A stretch of DNA of 45,008 nt from NCBI GenBank assembly GCA_028572065.1, contig JAPVWK010000001.1:1-45008 (forward strand). The letters run 5' to 3'. Both the position numbers and the translations under genes were made by a program. Under the pieces are notes generated by a model. It made no database searches. It was given only the letters and a program-made list of their open reading frames with translations, and was not told the DNA's origin. Within the stretch, counting starts at the first letter, position 1, and each line of letters starts with the position of its first letter. The DNA is from Candidatus Methanophagales archaeon. Lineage in GTDB: Archaea; Halobacteriota; Syntropharchaeia; Alkanophagales; Methanospirareceae. Below, in pieces: positions 6,855 through 16,201 of the stretch.

Positions 6855-7859
6855 TTACACACTGCGTTCCAGCGACTTTGCCACCGCATAAGCTGGAAAA
6901 GCAGCCGAAATCGTACGTCCATAACGTGCAGAAAGCGATATGAACTGTATATTCAACGATTCCGCCGCTTCTCTCGCGATGAATTCGCCTACTCCCGTGG
7001 ATACCGCTATCTGTAACCCATATCTAGCCTTCATCTCTGCCATCGCAGCCGACAACTCCTCTACCTGTGCTCTTTTCACTTGCTCCGCAATACGAACAGT
7101 ACCCTCTTCCCCCAGCTCTTCAAGGTCACTGCACACCACTCTCGCCAGCCTTCGCATCGCACTTAGTCTGCTCTTTTCTGTCGTATCGCGATTTGCAAAG
7201 GCATAGCTGTCCGGGCTTTCACAACTGTAATCCTCCGCAGTTAGGCACCCGAGCACGAGGTAAGCATCAGCAGTTAATGCGAAAAGTTCAGAAGAAGTCC
7301 AGTATTCGTCTCCGCCGATCTTGACTTTGTTCAGCAATGTGGCAACATTGGTTCTTACAACTCCAGAATAGATTAGTTCGTGCGATTTAAGCCTTTCAAG
7401 GTCTCTTCTATTCGCTTTTAGCTCTCCCGCCACTATTGGTATCACATCCGTCGTGGTACTGCCGATGTCAATGAATATTGCATCGCCATATTGGTCCGAG
7501 ACGAGCTTCGCGGAAGCGAGCCAGTTCGTGGATGCAAAGGCAAGAGGGTCCTTATCTACAGCAGAACCGTCCCTAAACATGCAATTGCGATTAAGGAATT
7601 TGGGATCATCAAATGAGGATGCTAAGGCATTTTTGATCTGCAATACCCCTTCTCTTTTTGATACAAAGCAGTCACATAGTTCACCAGTCATAACAACGCC
7701 TACTGCTTCTATCTCCGGCTCAAACTTCTGTTTCGCTTTGGCTAGCACGTCATGTAGAACCGCTTTATTTCGCCATAAAGGCGCGTAAACCGACTCCACG
7801 AACCCCTCGGAAGTGGCTATTTTCGTATTCGCGCCCCCAACATCTATACCCACAAACAT
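6855..7859 (-). CDS. Hydantoinase-A/ASKHA-fold protein of the H4MPT-linked C1 transfer pathway family
   Basis: MFVGIDVGGANTKIA is an ASKHA phosphate-1 motif, and DIGSTTTD is also present. The size is about 334 aa. An AGGAG sequence lies 6 nt upstream of the ATG at 7859. The family name is from recall (TIGR03123-type). Confidence 0.55.
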   Translation of the reverse strand: MFVGIDVGGANTKIATSEGFVESVYAPLWRNKAVLHDVLAKAKQKFEPEIEAVGVVMTGELCDCFVSKREGVLQIKNALASSFDDPKFLNRNCMFRDGSAVDKDPLAFASTNWLASAKLVSDQYGDAIFIDIGSTTTDVIPIVAGELKANRRDLERLKSHELIYSGVVRTNVATLLNKVKIGGDEYWTSSELFALTADAYLVLGCLTAEDYSCESPDSYAFANRDTTEKSRLSAMRRLARVVCSDLEELGEEGTVRIAEQVKRAQVEELSAAMAEMKARYGLQIAVSTGVGEFIAREAAESLNIQFISLSARYGRTISAAFPAYAVAKSLERSV

Positions 7860-7932
7860 AGCTTCTCCTTTTACTATGAGAAAGAACCTCAATTAAGAAA
7901 AGTTATTTCTTTTGCATTTCTTTCTAAAGGTT

Positions 7933-8697
7933 ATGAGCAAAGATAACAAAAACGGTAATGATAGAACAAATGCGTTCAGGGAAAGGCTACAGCAATTGCA
8001 AAGCGGAGTCAAAGGCGGTATTGAATCGGTAGAGTCTGAGTTAGACAAGCTGATTGGTATAAGAGGCGAATTACGCGGTATTACAAATGCACTGGAGCGA
8101 ACAACCACGAGTTTGGACGGTAAAGAAGAGGGCGTGGAACCGGATGAGATCGGGGACGCTATTGAGATTCTGGAAGATGAATTTGCTGCAAAGAAACGTG
8201 ATTTAACGTTTCTGTATCAGGATGAGGAATCAAAGAAAGCAGATGAAAAAACTGCGGAATTACAATATTTACAGGCGGAATTCGAGAACTATAAGCGTAG
8301 AGCGGAGAAGGACAAACGCGATTTTGGTGATTATGTCCTCAAAGGCTTTGTAGCGGAGTTGTTACCGATAAAGGACTATTTAGAGCTTGCAATTGCGCAT
8401 GCTAGTGATAATAATGAGTCAGAAGGTCTGCTAAAAGGTGTGGAAATGACCGTGAAGCAATTCAAGGAGCTTCTGGAAAGAGAGGGGCTCGAGGAGATAA
8501 AAGCAGAAGGTGAGAAGTTCGATCCATTCAGGCACGAGGTGGTAGCAAGAGAAGTAAACGAGACACACCCGGAGAATACGATTATTGCAGTAACAAGAAA
8601 GGGTTATGTACTTCATGATAAAGTCATAAGACCTGCAATGGTGAAGATAGCGATACGCGAAAATAGCGATGAGACGGATTCTAAAGTGCTGGAATGA
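7933..8697 (+). CDS. grpE: Nucleotide exchange factor GrpE
   Basis: LQAEFENYKRRAEKDK and the C-terminal FDPFRHEVV...V.RKGY..HDKVIRPAMVKI are GrpE hallmarks. There is a long N-terminal coiled-coil extension. The start is chosen at the ATG at 7933 after AAAGG. Confidence 0.85.
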   Translation: MSKDNKNGNDRTNAFRERLQQLQSGVKGGIESVESELDKLIGIRGELRGITNALERTTTSLDGKEEGVEPDEIGDAIEILEDEFAAKKRDLTFLYQDEESKKADEKTAELQYLQAEFENYKRRAEKDKRDFGDYVLKGFVAELLPIKDYLELAIAHASDNNESEGLLKGVEMTVKQFKELLEREGLEEIKAEGEKFDPFRHEVVAREVNETHPENTIIAVTRKGYVLHDKVIRPAMVKIAIRENSDETDSKVLE

Positions 8698-8737
8698 GTT
8701 ATTTACGCCGGATTATGCTTCAACGCAGGTATTACTA

Positions 8738-10486
8738 TCATTTTAGTAGTTGTGACACGCCTCGTCCTGTTAAATACCCGCCGATCCCAACCATACACAT
8801 GAAGTATATCAATACTATTATGAGAGTATTCTGATCCATGAATTTGCTGCTAACAAACACACTTGCGGTTATAAACGAATATAAAAGCATCACAGCCCCT
8901 ATGGGTGTAAGTATAATCCCTGTAACCATAGGGCGATCCATTAGCGCCACACCCTTGCTCGTCAGATAACCGCCAATTGCTATCATACATATAAGGAATG
9001 CAATCTTCGCGATAAACAGCTCTGTGAAGAAGGTGAATTCTCTATTCACAAACGTATTTGCAACCATGAACGAAAAGCAAAGCAGGGTCAATCCAATGGG
9101 TATTAATATTATACCAGTATTCATAGAATGTTCGGGTAATGTAGCACCCTTTTCCGTTAGATAGACACCGATTCCAATCATACAGCTAAGGAAGATGACC
9201 CTCATTACAAAGGACTCATCCAACGTAAATTCGCCAATACAGAAATTATATGCCGTTATGAATGAATACAGAAGCAAGATCAAACCAACAGCAGTAATTA
9301 TCAGACCTGTAATAGCTCTGTTTGTACTGCCTCGGGCATTTAGTCCCATTCCTCTTTCCGCTTCACTCGTTACTCCTTCCATTTTTGTGGGCCGTTTAAG
9401 GCTCTCGCTACCCATTACGTAGATTAAAGCACCAAATATTATCGCGAATACCACGGCTACAATCCCTCCAAGTGTGGAATAAACCATGATAGGTGCTTTT
9501 CGTCGCGAATTCCAAGACACATATAAAGAATCATATATTATGTCCGTCTCGTCACTCGTGACGTTCACAACAGAGGATAACCCGGAACTTTGCTCTGATA
9601 TTGAACCTGAAATTGGCGAAAGATTCACTAATATCGCGTTCACTTGTGCATTCAAATCACCAACAGAATCTGCAAATGTAGCTATTTCTTCGTGGACTAT
9701 TGACCCCGCAGTCGTTGTTTCCGAAGTTGTGTTCGTAGTGGAGTTCAGTGCGCGTTCAGCATCGGTAAGGGTGCTACTTACATTAGATAGGTAACTACCA
9801 ATATTCTCCGATTCTGTTTTTAGCGCCTCAAGAGCGGGCAGTGTCTCTTGAATATTCTGCCGTAATTCGGGTTCCTGTTCTGTACCGGCCCACGAATCTT
9901 CAAAACCACGGATAATCTCAGTAAGATTAGTTGTTACACTTGTAGAAGCGGCACCCCACACAGTTAAAGACCCATTTAACACGTTTAATTCGCTTTCAAG
10001 CGTGGTTATGTCCGGATATGCACTTTTCATGACGTCCCATGCACCTTCACCAAAAAGATATAAGCTTTTTAACTCGGTCATTTTAACTATCATAGCACTT
10101 GCAGCAGCGTCAATTGGGGCTATGGCATCATAAACCACCTGTATCGTTTTATTAATGTCTTGCAAAGCCGCAATATCGTATTGCTTGAATTGTATGGCGG
10201 CCTTTTTCCATGCAGATTGTGTGAAAACCGATTGCGCGATTGCCGGGTCAGTGACCTGCGAACCCTCGGCTGTGATGATCTCAATACCGTCTGCATATGG
10301 AAAAACATTATAGTATTTTATGATGTGATATGTGGAGCCATTGTAATTAACGGTATCAATGACTTTTGAATAGGTATCGAGTATTTTTTTATGTTGATCG
10401 GCTATGTCCGAAGCCGATTGTGCGGATGCTGGCATCAGTAATAAAAGCAAAAGCAAGACAAAAACAACGGCCACTTTTTGTATCAT
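8738..10486 (-). CDS. Large membrane protein: signal peptide, about 330-aa extracytoplasmic helical domain and a C-terminal two-TM module repeated three times
   Basis: The N-terminus MIQKVAVVFVLLLLLLLMPASA is a signal peptide. Three collinear units of about 60-65 aa are present: GLIITAVGLILLLYSFITAYNF...GIGVYLTEKGA, TGIILIPIGLTLLCFSFMVANTF...IGGYLTSKGV and TGIILTPIGAVMLLYSFITASVF...GIGGYLTGRGV. No family was recognised. Confidence 0.7.
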   Translation of the reverse strand: MIQKVAVVFVLLLLLLLMPASAQSASDIADQHKKILDTYSKVIDTVNYNGSTYHIIKYYNVFPYADGIEIITAEGSQVTDPAIAQSVFTQSAWKKAAIQFKQYDIAALQDINKTIQVVYDAIAPIDAAASAMIVKMTELKSLYLFGEGAWDVMKSAYPDITTLESELNVLNGSLTVWGAASTSVTTNLTEIIRGFEDSWAGTEQEPELRQNIQETLPALEALKTESENIGSYLSNVSSTLTDAERALNSTTNTTSETTTAGSIVHEEIATFADSVGDLNAQVNAILVNLSPISGSISEQSSGLSSVVNVTSDETDIIYDSLYVSWNSRRKAPIMVYSTLGGIVAVVFAIIFGALIYVMGSESLKRPTKMEGVTSEAERGMGLNARGSTNRAITGLIITAVGLILLLYSFITAYNFCIGEFTLDESFVMRVIFLSCMIGIGVYLTEKGATLPEHSMNTGIILIPIGLTLLCFSFMVANTFVNREFTFFTELFIAKIAFLICMIAIGGYLTSKGVALMDRPMVTGIILTPIGAVMLLYSFITASVFVSSKFMDQNTLIIVLIYFMCMVGIGGYLTGRGVSQLLK

Positions 10487-10645
10487 ATCTTTAGTTCTAA
10501 CATAGTCTAATATAATATTATTATTTCTGTTTGATTATGTTTGACGAATAGACACTATATTCATGCACATATCAGAAAAAAACTACTACCTTTTTAAGCT
10601 CATACTAATCTATCGTTTTTTGAAGAACCAAATAGGAGGTGTATT

Positions 10646-12121
10646 ATGAAAACAAAAGTGATTTTAGTTGGTTTAGCTACAGTATCGTTAGTTATGTCGC
10701 TATTTTTAATCGGCAGTGCCGTAGGAGCAGAAAAAGAAGTGAAAATCGGTATTATGCAAGCATTGACTGGAGACCTGGGCACTTATGGAGGACCCATGAC
10801 GGACGCGGCCAAACTTGCGGTGAAAGAGGTAAACGAAAACGGAGGTGTACTCGGTGCAGATATTACGGTTATAGTAGAAGATACACAGACGTCAGAAAAT
10901 TCAGCCGTGGACGCAGCAAGTAAGCTCGTTAAAGTAAATAAAGTCCCCGCAATAATCGGAACAACGAGTAGTGGACCCAGCATGGCGATCATAGACATCA
11001 CAACGGGTAACGGTGTTATCCAGATTTCGTCATCCAATACTGCGCCTGATTTCTCTACATACGAGGACAATGACCTATATTTCAGGACATGCCCATCCGA
11101 TACGTTGCAGGGAAAAGCAATGGCAAGGCTCGCAATCAACGAAGGATACACAACTGCAAGTACGCTTGTGCTGAACAATCCGTATGGCGTGGGATTTGAA
11201 AAGGTATTCAAGGACGAGTTTGAATCTCTTGGCGGAACGGTTTTGGAATCGGTGAAATACGATCCTGCGGGAACTATTTTCGACTCCGAAGTTATGAAAG
11301 CCTGTAAACCTGAGCCGGAGGTCGTTATGCTATGCTCGTATCCCGAGACAGGTAGTGTGGTACTGAAAGCAGCTTACGAAAAAGGGTATATGGATGACAT
11401 GGAGTGGCTGCTTTCCGAAGGACTCAGGGATGAGACACTGGCAGAACTGGTAGGCAAAGACGAAGCGGGGAACTACATCGTAACGGGTTTAAACGGTACA
11501 ACGCCGGATCCAAGAGTGGCAGGACCGGCATACGAAAGTTTCAAAGTGAAATACGAAGCCGAGTACGATAAGGAAGTTACCACTTACTGCTCTAACAGCT
11601 ATGACGCAGCGGTATTGGTAGCACTTGCGATAGAAAAAGCGGAAAAAGCTACGGGAACAGCGATCAAAGCCGCAATACGGGAAGTTGCGAATCCACCGGG
11701 CAAAGAGGTAACTACCGTCCGCGAAGCGCTGATACTCATCCGAGAGGGGCAAGAAATAAACTATCAGGGTGCTTCTGGTGAAATCACCTTCGATGAGAAC
11801 GGAGATGTATCCGGTGCATATTGCAGGTGGTATATTGCAGAAAACGGCAGTATCGTGCTCGCGGAACCGATATATCTTGATGGACCGGAAGTGACACCTA
11901 CACCCGTGGAGAAAGTAACTCCGACACCAAAAGCAACAACTCCAGCTCCTGCAGAAGTGACACCTACACCCGTGAAAGCAACTCCGGCTCCTGCGAAAGC
12001 AACTCCGGCACAGACACCTGTACCAAAAGCAACACCAAAACCACCCGGCTTCGAGGCAATCTTCGCCGTTACAGGTATCCTCGCAGTTGCATATCTGCGA
12101 ATGTGGCGAAAAGCGAAATAA
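10646..12121 (+). CDS. Branched-chain amino acid (Liv-type, PBP type 1) ABC substrate-binding protein with PT-rich linker and PGF-CTERM anchor
   Basis: AGGAGGTG lies upstream. GIMQALTGDLGTYGGPMTDAAKLAVKEVNENGGVLG is the LivJ/K-type N-terminal signature. The C-terminus is a TPTP/APA linker followed by PPGFEAIFAVTGILAVAYLRMWRKAK, i.e. PGF, a TM segment and a basic tail. Confidence 0.8.
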   Translation: MKTKVILVGLATVSLVMSLFLIGSAVGAEKEVKIGIMQALTGDLGTYGGPMTDAAKLAVKEVNENGGVLGADITVIVEDTQTSENSAVDAASKLVKVNKVPAIIGTTSSGPSMAIIDITTGNGVIQISSSNTAPDFSTYEDNDLYFRTCPSDTLQGKAMARLAINEGYTTASTLVLNNPYGVGFEKVFKDEFESLGGTVLESVKYDPAGTIFDSEVMKACKPEPEVVMLCSYPETGSVVLKAAYEKGYMDDMEWLLSEGLRDETLAELVGKDEAGNYIVTGLNGTTPDPRVAGPAYESFKVKYEAEYDKEVTTYCSNSYDAAVLVALAIEKAEKATGTAIKAAIREVANPPGKEVTTVREALILIREGQEINYQGASGEITFDENGDVSGAYCRWYIAENGSIVLAEPIYLDGPEVTPTPVEKVTPTPKATTPAPAEVTPTPVKATPAPAKATPAQTPVPKATPKPPGFEAIFAVTGILAVAYLRMWRKAK

Positions 12122-12162
12122 ATAGCGTGGAAACAGAGGGGAACGTTTTTTTATATCTTCCC

Positions 12163-13734
12163 CTATTTCATTTTTTCTTTGACCTTTCCGTATCCCCCGC
12201 CACCGGGCGTTTCAATTACCACTAGATCGCCCGTCTCAAGGCAGATAGTTACCTTTGAAGGCAGATATATTCTCTTATTGTCTCGAATCAAATAGTTCTT
12301 ACCCGCTCTTCCGTCTTCGCCACCACATAGACCCTTTGGCTGGTATTTCCGGCGCTCGGATTGTATAGATAGCGTAGCATCGTCTGTCAAAACTTTAATG
12401 GCTCTTCTTATGCCACACCCGCCTCGGAACTTACCGTTACCGCCGGAATCGTGAATTAGTTCATAACGTTCCACACGTAGCGGGTACGAGAGCTCTAAAG
12501 CTTCTATCGGTGTATTTGCCGTGTTCGTCATGTGCGTGTGAATACCATCGGCACCATTTTTATCGGGTAAAGCGCCCTGACCGCCAGCAATTGTTTCATA
12601 GTAGGTGAACCCTACTCCGTTGACTGTACCGCCTATTACTACATTGTTCATTGTGCCTTGCGACTGTGCGGGTATTTTGTGTGGTATAGCTTTATGCAGG
12701 GCAAGCAGCAGGACGTCCACTATTCTCTGTGACGTCTCTACATTACCGCTTGATACAGCAGCAGGCGGATTTGGATTCGAAACCGTGCCTTCGGGCACAG
12801 TAATGCTTACAGGCAGGTAACAGCCATGATTGGGCGGTATTTCAGGGTCTGTCACACATCTCAGGACATAGTAGACGGCAGAGAGCGTAACTGCATAGGG
12901 CGCATTGATATTGCCTCTTCTTTGCCTGTCGGTGCCTTCAAAGCTTATAGTTATGGTACTGCCCGCTATTTTTAGTGTCACTGCTATTTTCACCGGCTGG
13001 TCGGTAACGCCATCATCGTCCATAAAGTCCTCGGCGGTATAAGTACCATCGGGTATTTTTGTGATTGCATGTCGCATCCGCTTCTCACTGTAGGTTATGA
13101 TACTTGCTGCAAACTCTGTGTAAGCATTTACGCCATATTTTTGGATGTGTTCGGTCATTCTCATTGCACCCAAGTTGTTAGCCGCGATCTGAGCCCGTAT
13201 ATCGCCTGCTCGCTCCACGGGTGTGCGAGTATTGGCTTTTATGATGCCGAGTATGTCTGTGTTCTCCTAGCCGCGGGTTAAAAGCTTGCAGGGTGGGATA
13301 ATAAGACCTTCCTGGAAGATTTCGGTGCTGTTGCCCGGCATTGAGCCCGGTGTCATGCCGCCGACGTCCGCATGATGGGCTCTGTTTACGGCGTAACCTA
13401 CTAACTCAGCGTCATAGAAAATCGGTCTTATTAGGGTGATGTCAGGTAGGTGTGAGCCGCCGTGATAAGGGTCGTTTACTATTATTTGGTCGCCTTCTTG
13501 TAAGTCATCGAACTGCCGCAAGGCGAATTCTACGGTGAGCGGCATTGCGCCCAGATGCACGGGGATATGTTCTGCCTGTGCCAGCATCCGGCCTTTGGCG
13601 TCAAAGATGGCACATGATGCGTCCATCCGCTCCTTTATATTCGGCGAGTATGCTGCTCGTTTCAGTGCCGCGCCCATCTCTTCGGGTATTGCGGTAAATG
13701 CGTTCTTCAAGATTTGCAGGGTTATGGGGTTCAT
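12163..13734 (-). pseudogene. Hydantoinase B/oxoprolinase (HyuB) family gene interrupted by a single in-frame TAG at 13267-13269
   Basis: ORFs 13267..13767 and 12163..13218 are in the same frame (13266-13218 = 48 nt). Translation runs ...IPPCKLLTRG-TAG-ENTDILGIIKANTRTPVERAGDIRAQIAANN..., a continuous HyuB-like sequence. The real N-terminus is probably MNPITLQILKNAF at 13734. Confidence 0.8.
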
Positions 13735-13767
13735 GGTGTTGGGTTTATAATTATACAAAAAGAGCAA

Positions 13768-15135
13768 TCACAGTTCTCTCACCTCATCGAGAAATGCAGG
13801 TCGCTTTTTAAATTCTGTTTTCAAATCGGAAAACTGCTTTTTCCAGCTTGATTCGTCTTTTAACAGATTAACGTAAATGTGTTTGACCTTAGCCAAATAT
13901 CCTGCTACAATACGATACGTTTTTCTATCTCCTCTCGGGATGTTCCTATAAGCGTTTTGCCAGTAATACTCTATTATCTTTTCAGGAAAATCCTCTTCCA
14001 GCTTAGCTGCGAATTTATCAAACTTATTTTTCATTCCCCATTGATACTCAGGCGGATTTAAAATTGTGTGCAGGACTGCCTCTTTCATGTTTTTGTCCAT
14101 GCAGATTCGTAGATAGTCACAGATGTCTTTTTCTTTAATCTCGTTGAATATTTTGGGCTCAACCTCTTTCCAGTCTGCATCCCTCATAAACGCCTTCATT
14201 TTATTGTATTCTGCATAGTAGTTTCCATATCGCATGATTTCATATGCTTTTAGCTGAGCCTCTTTTGCCTTTTCGTAATTACCTTCTGTTTTATAATACT
14301 CAAATAGTTGGTCCAGCAGGTCCTTCTCTTCGCTCTCCCGGGTCAACGCAACCTGGACAATTCGTTCTATATTGGCGGTGTCCCTTTCTTCAGCAAAATG
14401 CTCAAACAAGAATTGAAAAAGCTCTGTAAGCCTACCTTCGCCTTTTAATATCCCCTGTTCTGCGGTTTCCAAACCCTTTTGCAAATCGCCCTTATTAACG
14501 TAGAACACTACTAAATCCCAGTAATCCAGACCGTAATGGAGATTCTTCATACGCATTTCTAAATATGCTGTTTCATTGCAAAGATAGTTCTTCTGGATAC
14601 GCATAATCAACTTTCTCCGCCAATCAGAAGGACGTTTTGCCAGTTTTGCCACTAAATATTCCCATTCTTCTTTCGTCTCGCACATTGCGAAAAAAATATC
14701 CATCAAAGCATCATCAAAACCGGAATTCTCCTTATCATACTCCACAAAGGCGCAATCAAAAAATCCGAGTTTTGCATCCGTGGATATGTTACCTGCTTCA
14801 ATCAATTCGGAAATTTCATTTAGCCACTCATAAGCTTCCGCCTCTTCATCTTCCGGTCCGCCGCCATATTCATTGAATTCCGAGATTATAATTTCTGCTT
14901 TTTCCCAGTATTCCATCAATAACTCGTCATTTAGTGTCACTACTTCTTCTACAACGCTTGAAGCCTCTGCTTTCTCTTTAAACCATTCCAAAACCAATCT
15001 ATGGACTTCCGGGGTTTTTCTTATTAGATTTTGCACTAACTTGTATAAGTCCTCGCCATCAAGAGATTTCAATTCTTCATCTAAACTAAAACCCCTACTA
15101 TTCTCTTCTCCTTGTTTGCTATGCGATGACATCAT
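13768..15135 (-). CDS. Acidic all-helical protein of unknown function (about 455 aa)
   Basis: Long uninterrupted ORF. The start is set at the first ATG (MMSSHSK, 15135); the track uses a TTG at 15174. No catalytic motif was recognised. Its stop abuts the hyuB-like ORF. Confidence 0.6.
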   Translation of the reverse strand: MMSSHSKQGEENSRGFSLDEELKSLDGEDLYKLVQNLIRKTPEVHRLVLEWFKEKAEASSVVEEVVTLNDELLMEYWEKAEIIISEFNEYGGGPEDEEAEAYEWLNEISELIEAGNISTDAKLGFFDCAFVEYDKENSGFDDALMDIFFAMCETKEEWEYLVAKLAKRPSDWRRKLIMRIQKNYLCNETAYLEMRMKNLHYGLDYWDLVVFYVNKGDLQKGLETAEQGILKGEGRLTELFQFLFEHFAEERDTANIERIVQVALTRESEEKDLLDQLFEYYKTEGNYEKAKEAQLKAYEIMRYGNYYAEYNKMKAFMRDADWKEVEPKIFNEIKEKDICDYLRICMDKNMKEAVLHTILNPPEYQWGMKNKFDKFAAKLEEDFPEKIIEYYWQNAYRNIPRGDRKTYRIVAGYLAKVKHIYVNLLKDESSWKKQFSDLKTEFKKRPAFLDEVREL

Positions 15136-15492
15136 GCCACATCCATCAATTTCTTCTGAACCATTTTGCAACACCCTTATCTTTTTTCTTCACCGGAAAC
15201 TGACATTCACTGACCAGCTCTTCTTCTAGTGCCGTAGGTGAGTCGTTATGGCATACTGTTACATGAGGACCCACAATCTAATAACCGTTCTCTTCGATGC
15301 TTTTTAGCTCTTTTCTCATTGAACGTTTAAGCGTTTGTTTCATCATATAGATACAGCCATATAAGGACAACTCATATTGGTTGTAATTGAAAAAACAACC
15401 ATAACTTGATGACCCCTCTTTCAAAAATACGAACTAATACCGCTGATTCTACGATAGTAAATGCAGGTCGAAGCCACACACCTATCCTAAGA

Positions 15493-16032
15493 TTACGCTT
15501 TCTTTTTCATACAGCATCGCTTATACTTCTTACCGCTGCCACAGGGACAAGGGTCATTCCGCCCTATTTTTACCCTACTGTCGGATCTCATTGATGTCAC
15601 ATCCTTATTTTCTTCTTCGATCAAATCCTTGAACATCCGGTAATGCCTCTTTATTCGTTCAACGTAATTCCTATCCTTCAGAACGTACTTAATTTCATTC
15701 AGTAATATAGGTGCAAGTTCGGATTGATAGCTAGCTAAATTTAATATCGGACCTTGTAATTCCGCTATGATCCGTGGGTCATTACGACCAAACCAATCAG
15801 CGTAAAATTTGCGATTCTCCCAGCCATATGCAATTATCGCTACAACTTCGTTTCTTTCTTCGGAATATACATTGAAAAAAACTCGCCGGCAATCACAACC
15901 TACCTCGTCACAATAGGCTTCAACCAGGCCATAGTTCCCCGCAGGTAATTCGGGATCATTAATTGCGATTAGAGCTCGAGTTTCTGTTTCTGCTATCTCC
16001 GGGAACTTTTCATGAAAAGGCACGTATGGCAT
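15493..16032 (-). CDS. SEC-C motif domain protein
   Basis: The C-terminal GRNDPCPCGSGKKYKRCC is the SecA-type metal-binding SEC-C motif. The ORF is 179 aa. Confidence 0.8.
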   Translation of the reverse strand: MPYVPFHEKFPEIAETETRALIAINDPELPAGNYGLVEAYCDEVGCDCRRVFFNVYSEERNEVVAIIAYGWENRKFYADWFGRNDPRIIAELQGPILNLASYQSELAPILLNEIKYVLKDRNYVERIKRHYRMFKDLIEEENKDVTSMRSDSRVKIGRNDPCPCGSGKKYKRCCMKKKA

Positions 16033-16201
16033 ATTGCTGACTCCTTTATTGGAAGAGATGGCACTCCCGCTTTAAAAACCTTTCATAAACTACCACGTCA
16101 CACAGAAAAAAAACAGTTATGCTGTGATTAATAGAATAGACGCGATAGCGAATCAAACACAACTTAATAAATTGTAGCCTCTATAAAGCTATACAAACAC
16201 T

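Noticed and set aside
13267-13269. A confident call of pyrrolysine at the in-frame TAG of the HyuB-like gene
   Set aside because: TAG terminates roughly a fifth of the genes called in this window, no pyl genes or PYLIS-like context are visible here, and HyuB is not a known Pyl protein family. It is kept only as one alternative in the finding.
15175-15400. Broken frames upstream of the 468-aa helical protein (MSCPYMAVSI*, ...GCIYMMKQTLKRSMRKELKSIEENGY*, IVGPHVTVCHNDSP...) that might be a decayed SWIM zinc finger belonging to that gene
   Set aside because: The CxC...CxH pattern is incomplete, at least two frameshifts are needed, and I cannot verify similarity without a profile search.
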